Shown here: piece after piece, positions 25,356-35,058 of the stretch | How positions within the stretch are numbered: the first letter of the stretch is position 1 | Layout: the number at the start of each line of letters is the position of its first letter | DNA from: Clostridia bacterium | GTDB taxonomy: Bacteria; Bacillota; Clostridia; RGIG6154 | DNA length: 64,000 bases | Direction of reading: 5' to 3' | Assembly (NCBI GenBank): GCA_045589295.1 | Contig: JAZNOU010000012.1 | Location: 96,001 to 160,000 of the forward strand | The notes under the pieces: model-generated | Told to the model about the DNA's origin: nothing | The model's database searches: none | The model's input: only the letters and a program-made list of their open reading frames with translations | Program-made: the position numbers and the translations under genes

Positions 25356-27770
25356 TTATTCGACATATTTCTGACCCTTAATAAAGTCTTTTATCTTTCT
25401 CGGGATGGTTGTAAGGAACCAGCCAAGTTTGTAACTTGTCGAACTTCTTATTTCTTTTATTGTTGCCTCTAAAGTCTCAGCGTAGTGGGATTGACGCAAC
25501 CAATCTTTATTTGGGACTTCTAAAGGAACTTGCTGATATTGAATCTGAGGCTGTGTATACATTCTTGCAAGTATTCCCTGCCCGGTGTAATGAACAAGAG
25601 TGTTTATAGCAGACTGCTCAGGTGTCTTTTTAATTTCTGCTGTGTCAGGATTCAAAGTTTTTTCAAATATGTAATCCCAATGTTTTGCAAGGTCAATGCT
25701 CAGTATCTCTTCTGCACTTTCTCTTGCCTCTTTGCCCATCTGCTTTTTAAGTTTGTCATCGGATAATATTTCAATAATCTTTTCTGCAGCAGCATCAATA
25801 TCATTTTGCGGAACTACCGCCATACCCTTTGCATCTCTTACGGTGTCAAGATTCGGAAGGTCATAAATAACAAGAGGAAGGCCGCAAATTTTACCTTCTA
25901 ACAAAGATAAACAAAATCCTTCAATTTTACTAGTTATAAGCATAACATCAGCAGACTGGTAATAGGGCAGAACATTTTTCTTAAAACCAACCATTTTTAC
26001 AATATCATCGAGTTTATGCTCTTTTATATAGTTTGTTAAATCATTTTTGTAACATTCATCTCCGCCACCTACAATGGTGAAAGTAACATCTGGGATTTTA
26101 AGCGAAACCTGTTCAACTATTTTTATTGCATCCAAAACTTGCTTTTCCTGAGATATTCTGCAAGTCATTACCACATTGTTGGATTTAAGCTGAGAAGTTT
26201 TGGTGTTGAGCGGAAGAGGTGATGGATTTGTTGTTTGTATAGCATTAAGATTAAAGCTTTTCCAGTATGCCTGATCTGCTTGGGTGAGAGTAATAACATT
26301 ATCACATAAGGCATACATCTTAGGAAGTTTCGTGTTTATAAAAGCACAATAGCTGTCAGTGCTTTGAAAATCGGTACAACATACGCCATGAGTGTGAGAA
26401 ATAAACGGTATTCCGAGACTTTTTACAATTAATTCATCATATACAATGTAGTGAAACATCCATGCGTGGTATACCATAATATCTACGTTATACTTTTGAA
26501 GATTTTCTCTAAAATCTTTTACCCTGTCAGCGTATGAGGAATATTTGTCAAACACATATTCCGGTAAAATAACACGTTTTATTTTAGGGTTTATATAGTA
26601 ATCGTCATCGCTTTTTGGTTGGTCGGTGAATAATACCACATTATAGCCGTTTTTTACCCATATATCAGTTAGTTGCGATATAACATTTTCAATACCGCCG
26701 TTATATACCCTGAAATAGAATGTGCCTATAGTTCTTTTATCTTTTCGTACAGTCTTGAAAATATCAAGATTTGCACATATTTCAGCAAGTTCATCTCGTC
26801 TTTTAATACATTGGTTGTTAACCATATACGAAATAATGGAAATAAAGTTTTCAACAGGACAATATTCAAGAACACGATTTACAAAACTGTTTTGTTTTTC
26901 TTTTGGACACTGAACCAAAAGAGCATAGCCTATATTTTCCAACATTTGCATTTTGAGTGATTCGAGACGGGTTTTGCATATTTTCAAAGCTCCGTTCTGT
27001 TTTGTCCAGTTTTTCAAATAATCATAAATGAAATAACATTTCGCAATTGCATTAAGCCTTGTTTCGCTAATAGTTTTGCTGGTTGAGATTCCGCTTCCGA
27101 ATCTGTAATTATATAACTTTTTGTTAATATAACTATATGATTTGGCAAGGAAGCAAGCAATAAATGAGAATAATACGTCTTCTGCTACAATTAAATGTTC
27201 GTTGGGGAGTTGTGAATTAGCAGCATCGACAAGTTGCTTTTTGAAAATCTTATTTCTCATTGTGAAATTTAATTTATCTTTTGAAAGTTTACTACCCAAA
27301 AGACCAGCTTTACCGGGAGCAAATATTTTCATGGAGGGGCCTTTCAAGTATTTATATGCACTTTGTATTTCTCTGCTTTTTTTCTCAAGCACTTCTTTTT
27401 CTGCAAAAATGTTCATCTCAAATTGCAAGATATCTACATTTTCTTTATTGATGGCATTGTACGCTGTTTCACATGCCTTAAAGTCAAGTATATCATCGCC
27501 ATCGAGAAACATAATGTATTCTCCTGTTGCAGCGTCGCATCCATATTTACAAGTAAGCATAGTGCCGGAGTTTTGTTTATTTTTAATAACTTTTATTCGA
27601 TGGTCGGCCTTTGCTAATTCGCAGATTATTTTGTGTGTTGTATCTGTTGAGCCGTCGTCAACAACGATAAATTCGACATCTTCTAATGTCTGGTTTATAA
27701 GACTGTGCAAACATTCTTCTATGTATTCTTCAACATTATACGCGGCAACGATAACGCTAACTTTTGGCAT
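25356..27770 (-). CDS. Bifunctional glycosyltransferase (GT2 plus GT4/GT-B)
   Basis: N-terminal VSVIVAAYN, VVDDGSTD, FLDGDD; C-terminal RISQEK and EGFCLSLLEG; amphipathic C-terminal tail. Confidence 0.88.
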   Translation of the reverse strand: MPKVSVIVAAYNVEEYIEECLHSLINQTLEDVEFIVVDDGSTDTTHKIICELAKADHRIKVIKNKQNSGTMLTCKYGCDAATGEYIMFLDGDDILDFKACETAYNAINKENVDILQFEMNIFAEKEVLEKKSREIQSAYKYLKGPSMKIFAPGKAGLLGSKLSKDKLNFTMRNKIFKKQLVDAANSQLPNEHLIVAEDVLFSFIACFLAKSYSYINKKLYNYRFGSGISTSKTISETRLNAIAKCYFIYDYLKNWTKQNGALKICKTRLESLKMQMLENIGYALLVQCPKEKQNSFVNRVLEYCPVENFISIISYMVNNQCIKRRDELAEICANLDIFKTVRKDKRTIGTFYFRVYNGGIENVISQLTDIWVKNGYNVVLFTDQPKSDDDYYINPKIKRVILPEYVFDKYSSYADRVKDFRENLQKYNVDIMVYHAWMFHYIVYDELIVKSLGIPFISHTHGVCCTDFQSTDSYCAFINTKLPKMYALCDNVITLTQADQAYWKSFNLNAIQTTNPSPLPLNTKTSQLKSNNVVMTCRISQEKQVLDAIKIVEQVSLKIPDVTFTIVGGGDECYKNDLTNYIKEHKLDDIVKMVGFKKNVLPYYQSADVMLITSKIEGFCLSLLEGKICGLPLVIYDLPNLDTVRDAKGMAVVPQNDIDAAAEKIIEILSDDKLKKQMGKEARESAEEILSIDLAKHWDYIFEKTLNPDTAEIKKTPEQSAINTLVHYTGQGILARMYTQPQIQYQQVPLEVPNKDWLRQSHYAETLEATIKEIRSSTSYKLGWFLTTIPRKIKDFIKGQKYVE

Positions 27771-27797
27771 AATTTTATCTCCTTGCTTTTTGACAGA

Positions 27798-29858
27798 TTA
27801 TTTTAATACAGCATGTTTGATTTTACGTAGCTTTAATAATAAGCGGTCATACTTTTGTTTTGCTTGGTATTTGTATATTTTTTTATTGTTTGAATAGTAT
27901 TGCTTGTCAACACGACAAATCAATTCGATGGTTTTGGTTTTTTTAATAATGTCAGGACTTAAGTTAATCCACGCGAAAACACCGCAGTTTTTGGGAGCGG
28001 TGGGATAAATGTCTGAAACATCATATCGGGAAGATTTTTGAGAATCAAACAGATATTCTTTGCCTGCCGTATCTGTCAGGCGTACATAAATCTCACTTTC
28101 CTGATTTTTACAAAAACCCCAGCCTGTTAAAAGAATCATGTCGTCTGAATAAAGATTTACCGAGTCAATAGCATACAAAAAGTCTGAATTTTCGCAAACA
28201 TTCGAAAAAATTTTTGTTTGCAAAATACTCTTTTGCATATATTTGTTTCTGATTTCTTTTTCGTTAAGTCTGAGTAAAGCAGTTCTTTCCTTTGTGGCAA
28301 ATGCGTTTGCGGGCACACGATAGACAGAGGTGGTTTTTTCAATAAGGAAATAGTCGGCAAAGGTTGAATATTTTAGCCACAAATCCCAATCTTCCAAATA
28401 TTCATATTTTGTGTTAAAGCCCCCTATCTTTTCGTACACTTCTCGCTTGAAAAAGACTGACTGAATTGGAAAGAGGTTGTTAATAACAAGGTTTGATTTT
28501 GTATATTCAGGTCTTTGAATATCTGCATAATCCTTGATTTCGTAGATATATGGTTCCTTGGATTTAATTTCAATGGGAGTTTCATAGCATTTTGCGTAAA
28601 ACATTTTTTCTGACGGATACTTTAATGCTTCGTTTATCATAGTTTCAATATGGTCGCAGTAAAACACATCATCGTCATCAAGGAAATTGAGATACTCTCC
28701 CGTTGACATGGAAAGAGCAAGATTTCCTGCATAACTTCTCCCTTTCTTTTCGCCTGTTGAAATATATTTAATGTTCAAATCCGGAAAATTTTCTTTAATG
28801 AAATTTTCCGAATAGTTTTCACCGTCTTCTGCTATGCAAACTTCTACGTTTTTGTATGTCTGATTTCTGATTGATTCAAGACACTCCTTTAAAACGTATG
28901 GTCTTTGACATGTTCGTACAATAACCGAAACCAGTGGGGTGTTTGATTCATCATAACGCCTGCTTTCATAAAAAGCGCCGCACCTTGCATATTCGTACTC
29001 AAATCCGATGAATTTTGCGATATTAAAGCTTGCTTTTTTGAATTTATTCCTGAAAGGAAAGCCGTTGATGAGCGAGTTAAATATAATTGAAAGGACCTTA
29101 CATCTTGCTTTCGGGAAATGATTTGGTTTTATAACATATCTTGCTAAATTAACATATCCCGTAAGAATATCTTTGAATTTTCCGTATCTCCATCTGAGTA
29201 AAATGTTTGCCCTTAAAGAACCAAAATATTGCAATGGTTTTACTTCATTTGCCTGGGTGTATGAATAATGGTTTATACAGCAACTGGGCAAATACATAAG
29301 CTTGTACCCAAGACTGCGAATTCTCCAGGAAAGCTCCACATCTTCGCCATACATAAATATATCTTCATCAAATCCGCCTGTTTTTTCAAAAATATCCCTT
29401 TGTAAAACAAAACAGGCACCGCTTACCCATGATGTTTCCAAAGTTGCAGGATTATATATTTTCGGATGCTCATAGGGGAGTTGGCGCATTTCCCATGCAC
29501 CTACATCATCACTTGAACTATCAATGCTTTCACAGAGTCTGATAAGGGCATCTTTTTCAATGCAAGTATCAATGTTGACAAAAAACACATAAGGACTTTG
29601 ACCTGCACTTGCAGCCTTATTACAGCCAGCGCCGAACCCGGCATTTTGTTCATTGTTGATTATTTGGAAGGTCCCAAAGGCCCGTAAGGATGGGTGATTT
29701 TTTAAAGTTTCTACAGTATTGTCGGTTGAACAGTTATCCACAAAATAAAAATGCAGTTTCGACAAATCAACCTCTTGTAAATTTTCAAAAGAGGTCAAAA
29801 ATCCATCAATCCATTTTTCAGAGTTATATGTTACAACAGCAATATCTATATCTATCAT
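27798..29858 (-). CDS. Tandem GT2-GT2 glycosyltransferase with C-terminal beta domain
   Basis: First GT2 (VDNCSTD, NAGFGAGCN, FMYGEDVE; rhamnosyltransferase-like), second GT2 (VSVIVRT, FLDDDD, EDWDLW). Confidence 0.88.
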   Translation of the reverse strand: MIDIDIAVVTYNSEKWIDGFLTSFENLQEVDLSKLHFYFVDNCSTDNTVETLKNHPSLRAFGTFQIINNEQNAGFGAGCNKAASAGQSPYVFFVNIDTCIEKDALIRLCESIDSSSDDVGAWEMRQLPYEHPKIYNPATLETSWVSGACFVLQRDIFEKTGGFDEDIFMYGEDVELSWRIRSLGYKLMYLPSCCINHYSYTQANEVKPLQYFGSLRANILLRWRYGKFKDILTGYVNLARYVIKPNHFPKARCKVLSIIFNSLINGFPFRNKFKKASFNIAKFIGFEYEYARCGAFYESRRYDESNTPLVSVIVRTCQRPYVLKECLESIRNQTYKNVEVCIAEDGENYSENFIKENFPDLNIKYISTGEKKGRSYAGNLALSMSTGEYLNFLDDDDVFYCDHIETMINEALKYPSEKMFYAKCYETPIEIKSKEPYIYEIKDYADIQRPEYTKSNLVINNLFPIQSVFFKREVYEKIGGFNTKYEYLEDWDLWLKYSTFADYFLIEKTTSVYRVPANAFATKERTALLRLNEKEIRNKYMQKSILQTKIFSNVCENSDFLYAIDSVNLYSDDMILLTGWGFCKNQESEIYVRLTDTAGKEYLFDSQKSSRYDVSDIYPTAPKNCGVFAWINLSPDIIKKTKTIELICRVDKQYYSNNKKIYKYQAKQKYDRLLLKLRKIKHAVLK

Positions 29859-29867
29859 AAAAAATCC

Positions 29868-30599
29868 TTAATTACTATTTTTGTATGTATTACATACTTG
29901 GTTCGTTTCACCAATCATTTTCATTTTACCTTTTTCGAGCCATAAAACACGGTCGCACAGTTTTTTGATTTGCTCTAATGTGTGCGAAACGATTATTACC
30001 GTAGTTCCGCCGGACATCATTTCTTTGATACGTTTTTCACATTTTTCCTGAAATTTGTAGTCACCGACAGAAAGAATTTCATCAACAATCAGGATGTCGG
30101 GTTTTACTAGGGTGGCGATTGAAAAACCTAGTCTTGCAACCATGCCGGAAGAGAAATTTTTGATGGGAACATCTAAAAATTCTTCAAGCTCAGAAAATTC
30201 AACTATTTCGTTGAATTTTTCGTTTATATACTGTTTGGTGTAACCAAGCACATAACCGTTTAAGTATATGTTCTCTCTTGCGGTAAGGTCAGGGTCGAAG
30301 CCTGCACCAAGCTCAATCAGAGGAGAAATATTTCCATTTACCATAACATTTCCGTTGGATGGTTTTAAGATTCCCGAAATTATTTTCAAAAGTGTTGATT
30401 TGCCAGAACCATTTAATCCGACAATGCCGAAAACTTCACCTTTTTTTACTTGGAATGAAACATCGGTAAGGGCTGAAAACTCTGTATATAAAAGTTTGCC
30501 TTTAACAAGTTTAACAAAGTATTCTTTTATACTGTCTATTTTTTCTTTAGACATATTGAATTTCATTGAAACATTATTAACTTCAACTGCAAATTTCAA
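29868..30599 (-). CDS. Polysaccharide ABC exporter ATP-binding subunit (Wzt/RgpD-like)
   Basis: GLNGSGKST, LGAGF, FSSGMVARLGF and VDEILSVGD motifs; TTG start. Confidence 0.92.
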   Translation of the reverse strand: MKFAVEVNNVSMKFNMSKEKIDSIKEYFVKLVKGKLLYTEFSALTDVSFQVKKGEVFGIVGLNGSGKSTLLKIISGILKPSNGNVMVNGNISPLIELGAGFDPDLTARENIYLNGYVLGYTKQYINEKFNEIVEFSELEEFLDVPIKNFSSGMVARLGFSIATLVKPDILIVDEILSVGDYKFQEKCEKRIKEMMSGGTTVIIVSHTLEQIKKLCDRVLWLEKGKMKMIGETNQVCNTYKNSN

Positions 30600-30613
30600 A
30601 TTTGGTCACCTCA

Positions 30614-31390
30614 TTAAATGTACAAGATAAATTTGTCCTGTTTTTTCTTGAAGAAAGCAACTCCAATCAACAGCATTATAGCAGAGAATCCAATACAAAT
30701 AAGATTTGTGCGAAGATCAGGGATGTGATTGTCAAGAATCAGTGCTCTAAAATATAAAATGTAATGATAAAGTGGGTTGAATGTAATAAGTTCTTTCATA
30801 AAGTCAGGGAGCATGTCCATAGGATAAAAGATAGGTGTTAAATACATCCACGCCGTTGTGAAAACACTATAAAGATGCGCAATGTCCCTGAAAAAAACAT
30901 TTGCTGCCGCAAGGAAAAAGCTTAATCCTACCGAAAAAACGAATAAATACAGCATTGGAATCGTGAATGCAAAAAAAGATGGTGTTATCGGCACCTTGAG
31001 CGCTATCATAACTATAATTGTTGCTATAAAAGAAAACAGCATATTTACAAAGCTGAAAATACATTTTTCGAGAGGGAAAATGTATTTGGGAACATATACT
31101 TTCTTTATCAGCGAACCGGAACTGATAATAGAAGTCATGCTGGAGTTTGTGGATTCCGTAACAAATGAAAAGAAAAGGTATCCTGTAAGATAATATATCG
31201 GGAAATTTTCTATATTTGAACGAAACAAATTCTGAAATACCGCCGTGATTACAACCATCATTAACAGAGGATTTAAAATACTCCAGGCAAAGCCGAGTAC
31301 GGAACGACGGTACTTGATTTTTAAATCTCGCACAACAAGATTCCAGAGTAAGGATTTATATTTTAATAAATTTGATACATATTGTTTCAT
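30614..31390 (-). CDS. Polysaccharide ABC exporter permease (Wzm/RgpC-like)
   Basis: RDLKIKYRRSVLGFAWSILNPL, YLTPIFYP and NPLYH motifs. Confidence 0.92.
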   Translation of the reverse strand: MKQYVSNLLKYKSLLWNLVVRDLKIKYRRSVLGFAWSILNPLLMMVVITAVFQNLFRSNIENFPIYYLTGYLFFSFVTESTNSSMTSIISSGSLIKKVYVPKYIFPLEKCIFSFVNMLFSFIATIIVMIALKVPITPSFFAFTIPMLYLFVFSVGLSFFLAAANVFFRDIAHLYSVFTTAWMYLTPIFYPMDMLPDFMKELITFNPLYHYILYFRALILDNHIPDLRTNLICIGFSAIMLLIGVAFFKKKQDKFILYI

Positions 31391-31545
31391 GTTAAGATAC
31401 CTTTCGACAAGTTATATAAATATTATAGCACAAGGAACTTGATAAATCAACAAAAATGGGAGAATTTTATACAATAAAGTAAACTTGCCAAGAGGGCGGA
31501 TTTATGGTACAATTTATATAACAATGTTTTAAAAGAGGTGTTATA

Positions 31546-33219
31546 ATGAAAAAAGCTACTTGCGATTATCCATGGAATGAAACCGTAAAGACTGATTCTT
31601 TATACGAAATGATTTGTATGGCAGAAAACGAGGTGCCCGACAGGGCGGTTTTCAAATACAGACAGGGTAAAGACAATATAATTGAAATTACAAACAAGGA
31701 ACTTAAAAGCAGTGTTGATGCTATGTATCTTGCGTTTAACAATTTAGGGGCAGAAAGCACACATATTGCTTTAATCGGGCCATCAAGCTATAAATGGTTG
31801 CTCGCATACATTTCAGGGCTTTGCTCGGAAAATGTTGTTGTTCCTGTTGATAAGGACTTGCCTGAAAGTGATTTGATTTATGTTATTAATCACTCAGATG
31901 CTGAGTATGTATTTTGTGCAACAAAAAAATACGAGGACTTTTTCAAAGAAAAAAGAGCGGAATTTCCAAACATCAAGAAATTTATTTCTTTCGACAAAGA
32001 AGAAGACGAAGGCGACTTTTTGTCATTCGATAAGCTTTTCGAAGGGGGAAAAGCGGCACTTGAAACAAGTGAAAAAAGACCATACTTCCATACAGAGGTT
32101 GACAAACTCAAACTTTTGGTTTACACATCAGGAACAACAGGCAGAGCAAAGGGCGTTATGCTTTCTGAAAGAAACATTACATCTTGCTGTTGCTACGGCC
32201 TTATGATTTCAGACATTGAAGGTGTTTGCCTTTCTGTACTGCCTTATCATCATACATACGAAGCGGTTATTGGTATCTGGGTTGCAATTCACAGACATAA
32301 CACGATTTGTATAAATGAAAACTTAAAAACGGTAGTTGGAAACCTTAAGCTTTACAAACCTAATTATTTGTTGCTTGTTCCTGCCTTTGTTGAAAGCTTT
32401 TATTCAAAAATCTGGAGCACAATTAGAGAACAGAAGAAAGAAAAAGCATTTAAAATTTTAATTAAGCTCAGCAATTTTATGTTAAAACTTGGTATTGATA
32501 ACAGAAAGAAACTTTTTGGCTCAGTTCATAAAGTGTTTGGTGGCGAGCTTGAAAAAATTGTTTGCGGCGGCGCACCAATCAGAAAAGAGGTTGCGGACTT
32601 TTTTGAAGCAATCGGTATTGCACTTTTAAACGGCTATGGAATTACAGAATGTTCACCGCTTGTAAGTGTTAACCGCGACTATTTCAACGATCCTGCAACA
32701 GTTGGCGTTAAGCTTCCTTGCATTGAGGTTAAGCTTGATGACATCAACGAAGACGGAAATGGTGAAATTTGCGTATCCGGTCCAACTGTTATGCTTGGCT
32801 ATTATAAAAATGAAGAAGAAACTGCAAAAGCTATTGTTGATGGCTGGTTCCACACAGGTGACTATGGTATGATTAACGAGCACAAGCAGATTATCATTAC
32901 CGGCAGAAAGAAGAACCTTATTGTATTAAACAACGGTAAAAATATTTACCCTGAAGAAATCGAGGATTATATCCAGGGCATTGACGAAGTATCAGAAGTT
33001 ATTGTTTATTCGCCAAAAGATGAAAGCGGGATTCAGAAGGTTTTAATTGCAGAAGTATTCTTAGGTGAAGAAATTTCAAAAGAGGCTTTGGAAGCTAAAG
33101 TAAAAGAAGTTTTAGCACCTCTTCCGTCATACAAACAGGTAAGTGAGGTTATAATAAGAGAAGAAGAGTTTGAAAAAACCACTTCAAGAAAAATCAAAAG
33201 AGCACAGTATAATGCTTAA
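31546..33219 (+). CDS. Long-chain fatty acid-CoA ligase (AMP-binding)
   Basis: YTSGTTGRAKG, GYGITECSP, WFHTGD and GRKKNLI motifs. Confidence 0.9.
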   Translation: MKKATCDYPWNETVKTDSLYEMICMAENEVPDRAVFKYRQGKDNIIEITNKELKSSVDAMYLAFNNLGAESTHIALIGPSSYKWLLAYISGLCSENVVVPVDKDLPESDLIYVINHSDAEYVFCATKKYEDFFKEKRAEFPNIKKFISFDKEEDEGDFLSFDKLFEGGKAALETSEKRPYFHTEVDKLKLLVYTSGTTGRAKGVMLSERNITSCCCYGLMISDIEGVCLSVLPYHHTYEAVIGIWVAIHRHNTICINENLKTVVGNLKLYKPNYLLLVPAFVESFYSKIWSTIREQKKEKAFKILIKLSNFMLKLGIDNRKKLFGSVHKVFGGELEKIVCGGAPIRKEVADFFEAIGIALLNGYGITECSPLVSVNRDYFNDPATVGVKLPCIEVKLDDINEDGNGEICVSGPTVMLGYYKNEEETAKAIVDGWFHTGDYGMINEHKQIIITGRKKNLIVLNNGKNIYPEEIEDYIQGIDEVSEVIVYSPKDESGIQKVLIAEVFLGEEISKEALEAKVKEVLAPLPSYKQVSEVIIREEEFEKTTSRKIKRAQYNA

Positions 33220-33229
33220 AGGATAGCTT

Positions 33230-34138
33230 ATGACAGATTTAATAATAATTGGAGCAGGCCCTGCGGGGCTTGCTTGTGCAATATACGCTATTCGCTCAGG
33301 GCTTAGCGTTAAAGTTTTTGAAGAGCTTTCTCCCGGCGGTCAGGCGGCTGTTACACCTGAAATTGAAAACTATCCCGGAATTAAAAAAATCAGCGGTGCA
33401 GATTTTGCACTTGGGCTTTTTGAACAAGCTACAGAACTTGGGGCAGAAATCGCATTTGAGTCTGTTTTGGCGATAGAAGAAAATGGCAAATATAAAATTG
33501 TTAAAACTGCATCTTCGCAATATGAGACAAAGGCGGTTGTTATCGCAAACGGAGCAAAAAGAAGAAAGCTTGAGATAAAAGGCGAGGACGAGTTTTCCGG
33601 CAGGGGAGTTTCGTATTGTGCGGTTTGTGATGGCTCATTTTTTAAAGATAAAACAGTTGCCGTAATAGGCGGAGGAAATACTGCGCTGGAAGATGCCCTC
33701 TACCTTGCAAATATTTGTAAAAAAGTGTATCTTGTTCACAGACGTGATGAGTTTCGTGCGGTTAAAAGTCTTGTTTCAAAAGCAAATCAAAACGACAAGA
33801 TTGAAATTTTATATTCTTTTGTCCCTGAAAAAATTGAGGGTGAACAAAAGGTAAATCGGGTAGTTTTCAAAAATGTAAAGACAGGCGAATTTTTAACAAA
33901 AGAAATCGACGGAGTTTTTGTTGCAATAGGCTTGGTCCCGGAAAACTTACGCTTTGAAAACGTTGTTGTTTTAGAAAACGGATATATCAGCGCGACGGAG
34001 AATTGCAAAACTTCAAATGAAGGCATTTTTGCAGCAGGTGATACAAGGACAAAAACTGTAAGACAAGTTGTTACTGCAGCATCTGATGGTGCGGTGGCGG
34101 CAACGGCAGCACTAGATTATATAAATCAGAATTTTTAA
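33230..34138 (+). CDS. trxB: Thioredoxin reductase
   Basis: GAGPAG, GVSYCAVCDG, GGGNTA, HRRDEFRA and FAAGD motifs. Confidence 0.93.
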   Translation: MTDLIIIGAGPAGLACAIYAIRSGLSVKVFEELSPGGQAAVTPEIENYPGIKKISGADFALGLFEQATELGAEIAFESVLAIEENGKYKIVKTASSQYETKAVVIANGAKRRKLEIKGEDEFSGRGVSYCAVCDGSFFKDKTVAVIGGGNTALEDALYLANICKKVYLVHRRDEFRAVKSLVSKANQNDKIEILYSFVPEKIEGEQKVNRVVFKNVKTGEFLTKEIDGVFVAIGLVPENLRFENVVVLENGYISATENCKTSNEGIFAAGDTRTKTVRQVVTAASDGAVAATAALDYINQNF

Positions 34139-34140
34139 AG

Positions 34141-34168
34141 AAAAGGGCAAACTGGTACGTTTGCCCTT
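34141..34168 (+). terminator. Hairpin/terminator after trxB
   Basis: AAGGGCAAAC...GTTTGCCCTT. Confidence 0.65.
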
Positions 34169-34189
34169 GCTTTTGAGGAGTGGAGTTTT

Positions 34190-34315
34190 TTGAATAAAAA
34201 ATATATGCTTACAGCCATCTGGATGTTTCTGTCGGTGGTAGTTATTTATCTCCTTTTGGATAAATTCATTTTAACGCCTGTGATTAACTGGATAAAAGTG
34301 TATTTGGGATGGTAA
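34190..34315 (+). CDS. 41-aa hydrophobic membrane peptide (not in the ORF track)
   Basis: GAGGAG/GGAG RBS, TTG start, MNKKYMLTAIWMFLSVVVIYLLLDKFILTPVINWIKVYLGW*; ends 6 bp before the next ATG. Confidence 0.6.
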   Translation: MNKKYMLTAIWMFLSVVVIYLLLDKFILTPVINWIKVYLGW

Positions 34316-34321
34316 TAGATT

Positions 34322-34936
34322 ATGAAATTTATAAAATGGAAAAGTCTTATTGTAACTTGCATAGTGTGTCTTTTGCCTATTATTTTAGGATTGGTATTAT
34401 GGAATGATTTGCCTGACAAAATAGCAATTCACTTTAATTTTTACAATCAGCCTGATAATTTTACATCAAAAGGGTTTTCGGTATTTGGACTTCCTGTAAT
34501 GATGATGTTTTTGCAGATTGTTTGTTGCATTATCAATGATGTAGATGCAAAAAAGCACGGCGACTGTAAAAATTTTGAAGCACCAGCAAAATGGTTAATT
34601 CCGTTTATGGCTGTTGTTTTGCAGACAGTAATTTTATGCTATGCTTTAGGATGGAACATTGATATAAGAAAAGTAGTTGCAGTAATATTAGGCGTGGTAT
34701 TTCTTGTGATTGGTATCTGTTTGTCTAAATGCGATTATGTTAAAAATCATGATGTAGATACTGAAAAAGCGAGAAAAATAAACAAATTTATAGGGTATGA
34801 AACAGTAATTATGGGCATTTTAATACTTTTGACAATTTTCTTGCCGCCCGTTGCGACGATAATATGGTTAATTTTGTTATTGCCTTATACTGCTTTAGGT
34901 ATCATATACGGAATAAAAGTAGCTAAAAACGACTGA
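34322..34936 (+). CDS. DUF1648/SdpI-family membrane (immunity-type) protein
   Basis: WNDLPDKIAIHFNFYNQPDNF N-terminal motif; about 6 TM helices. Confidence 0.78.
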   Translation: MKFIKWKSLIVTCIVCLLPIILGLVLWNDLPDKIAIHFNFYNQPDNFTSKGFSVFGLPVMMMFLQIVCCIINDVDAKKHGDCKNFEAPAKWLIPFMAVVLQTVILCYALGWNIDIRKVVAVILGVVFLVIGICLSKCDYVKNHDVDTEKARKINKFIGYETVIMGILILLTIFLPPVATIIWLILLLPYTALGIIYGIKVAKND

Positions 34937-34940
34937 TATA

Positions 34941-34979
34941 AACCGGCTTTTAGACTTGCCTCAAAGCCGGTTCTTTTTT
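34941..34979 (+). terminator. Rho-independent terminator
   Basis: AACCGGCTTT...AAAGCCGGTT plus T run. Confidence 0.8.
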
Positions 34980-34990
34980 GAGTAATAGTA

Positions 34991-35019
34991 TTGACAATTA
35001 TAAACTTAAATGGTATAAT
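34991..35019 (+). promoter_or_regulatory. SigA promoter of eda-kdgK
   Basis: TTGACA-17bp-TGgTATAAT consensus. Confidence 0.8.
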
Positions 35020-35058
35020 TATCTCTATCTATGAACACTTTACAAGGAGATGTAGATT

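Noticed and set aside
27142-27897. 251-aa plus-strand ORF antisense to the GT2-GT4 gene
   Set aside because: Codon-registered shadow ORF, Ser/Ile/Phe-rich, with no RBS or motif. The same applies to the many other short antisense or nested ORFs in the track.
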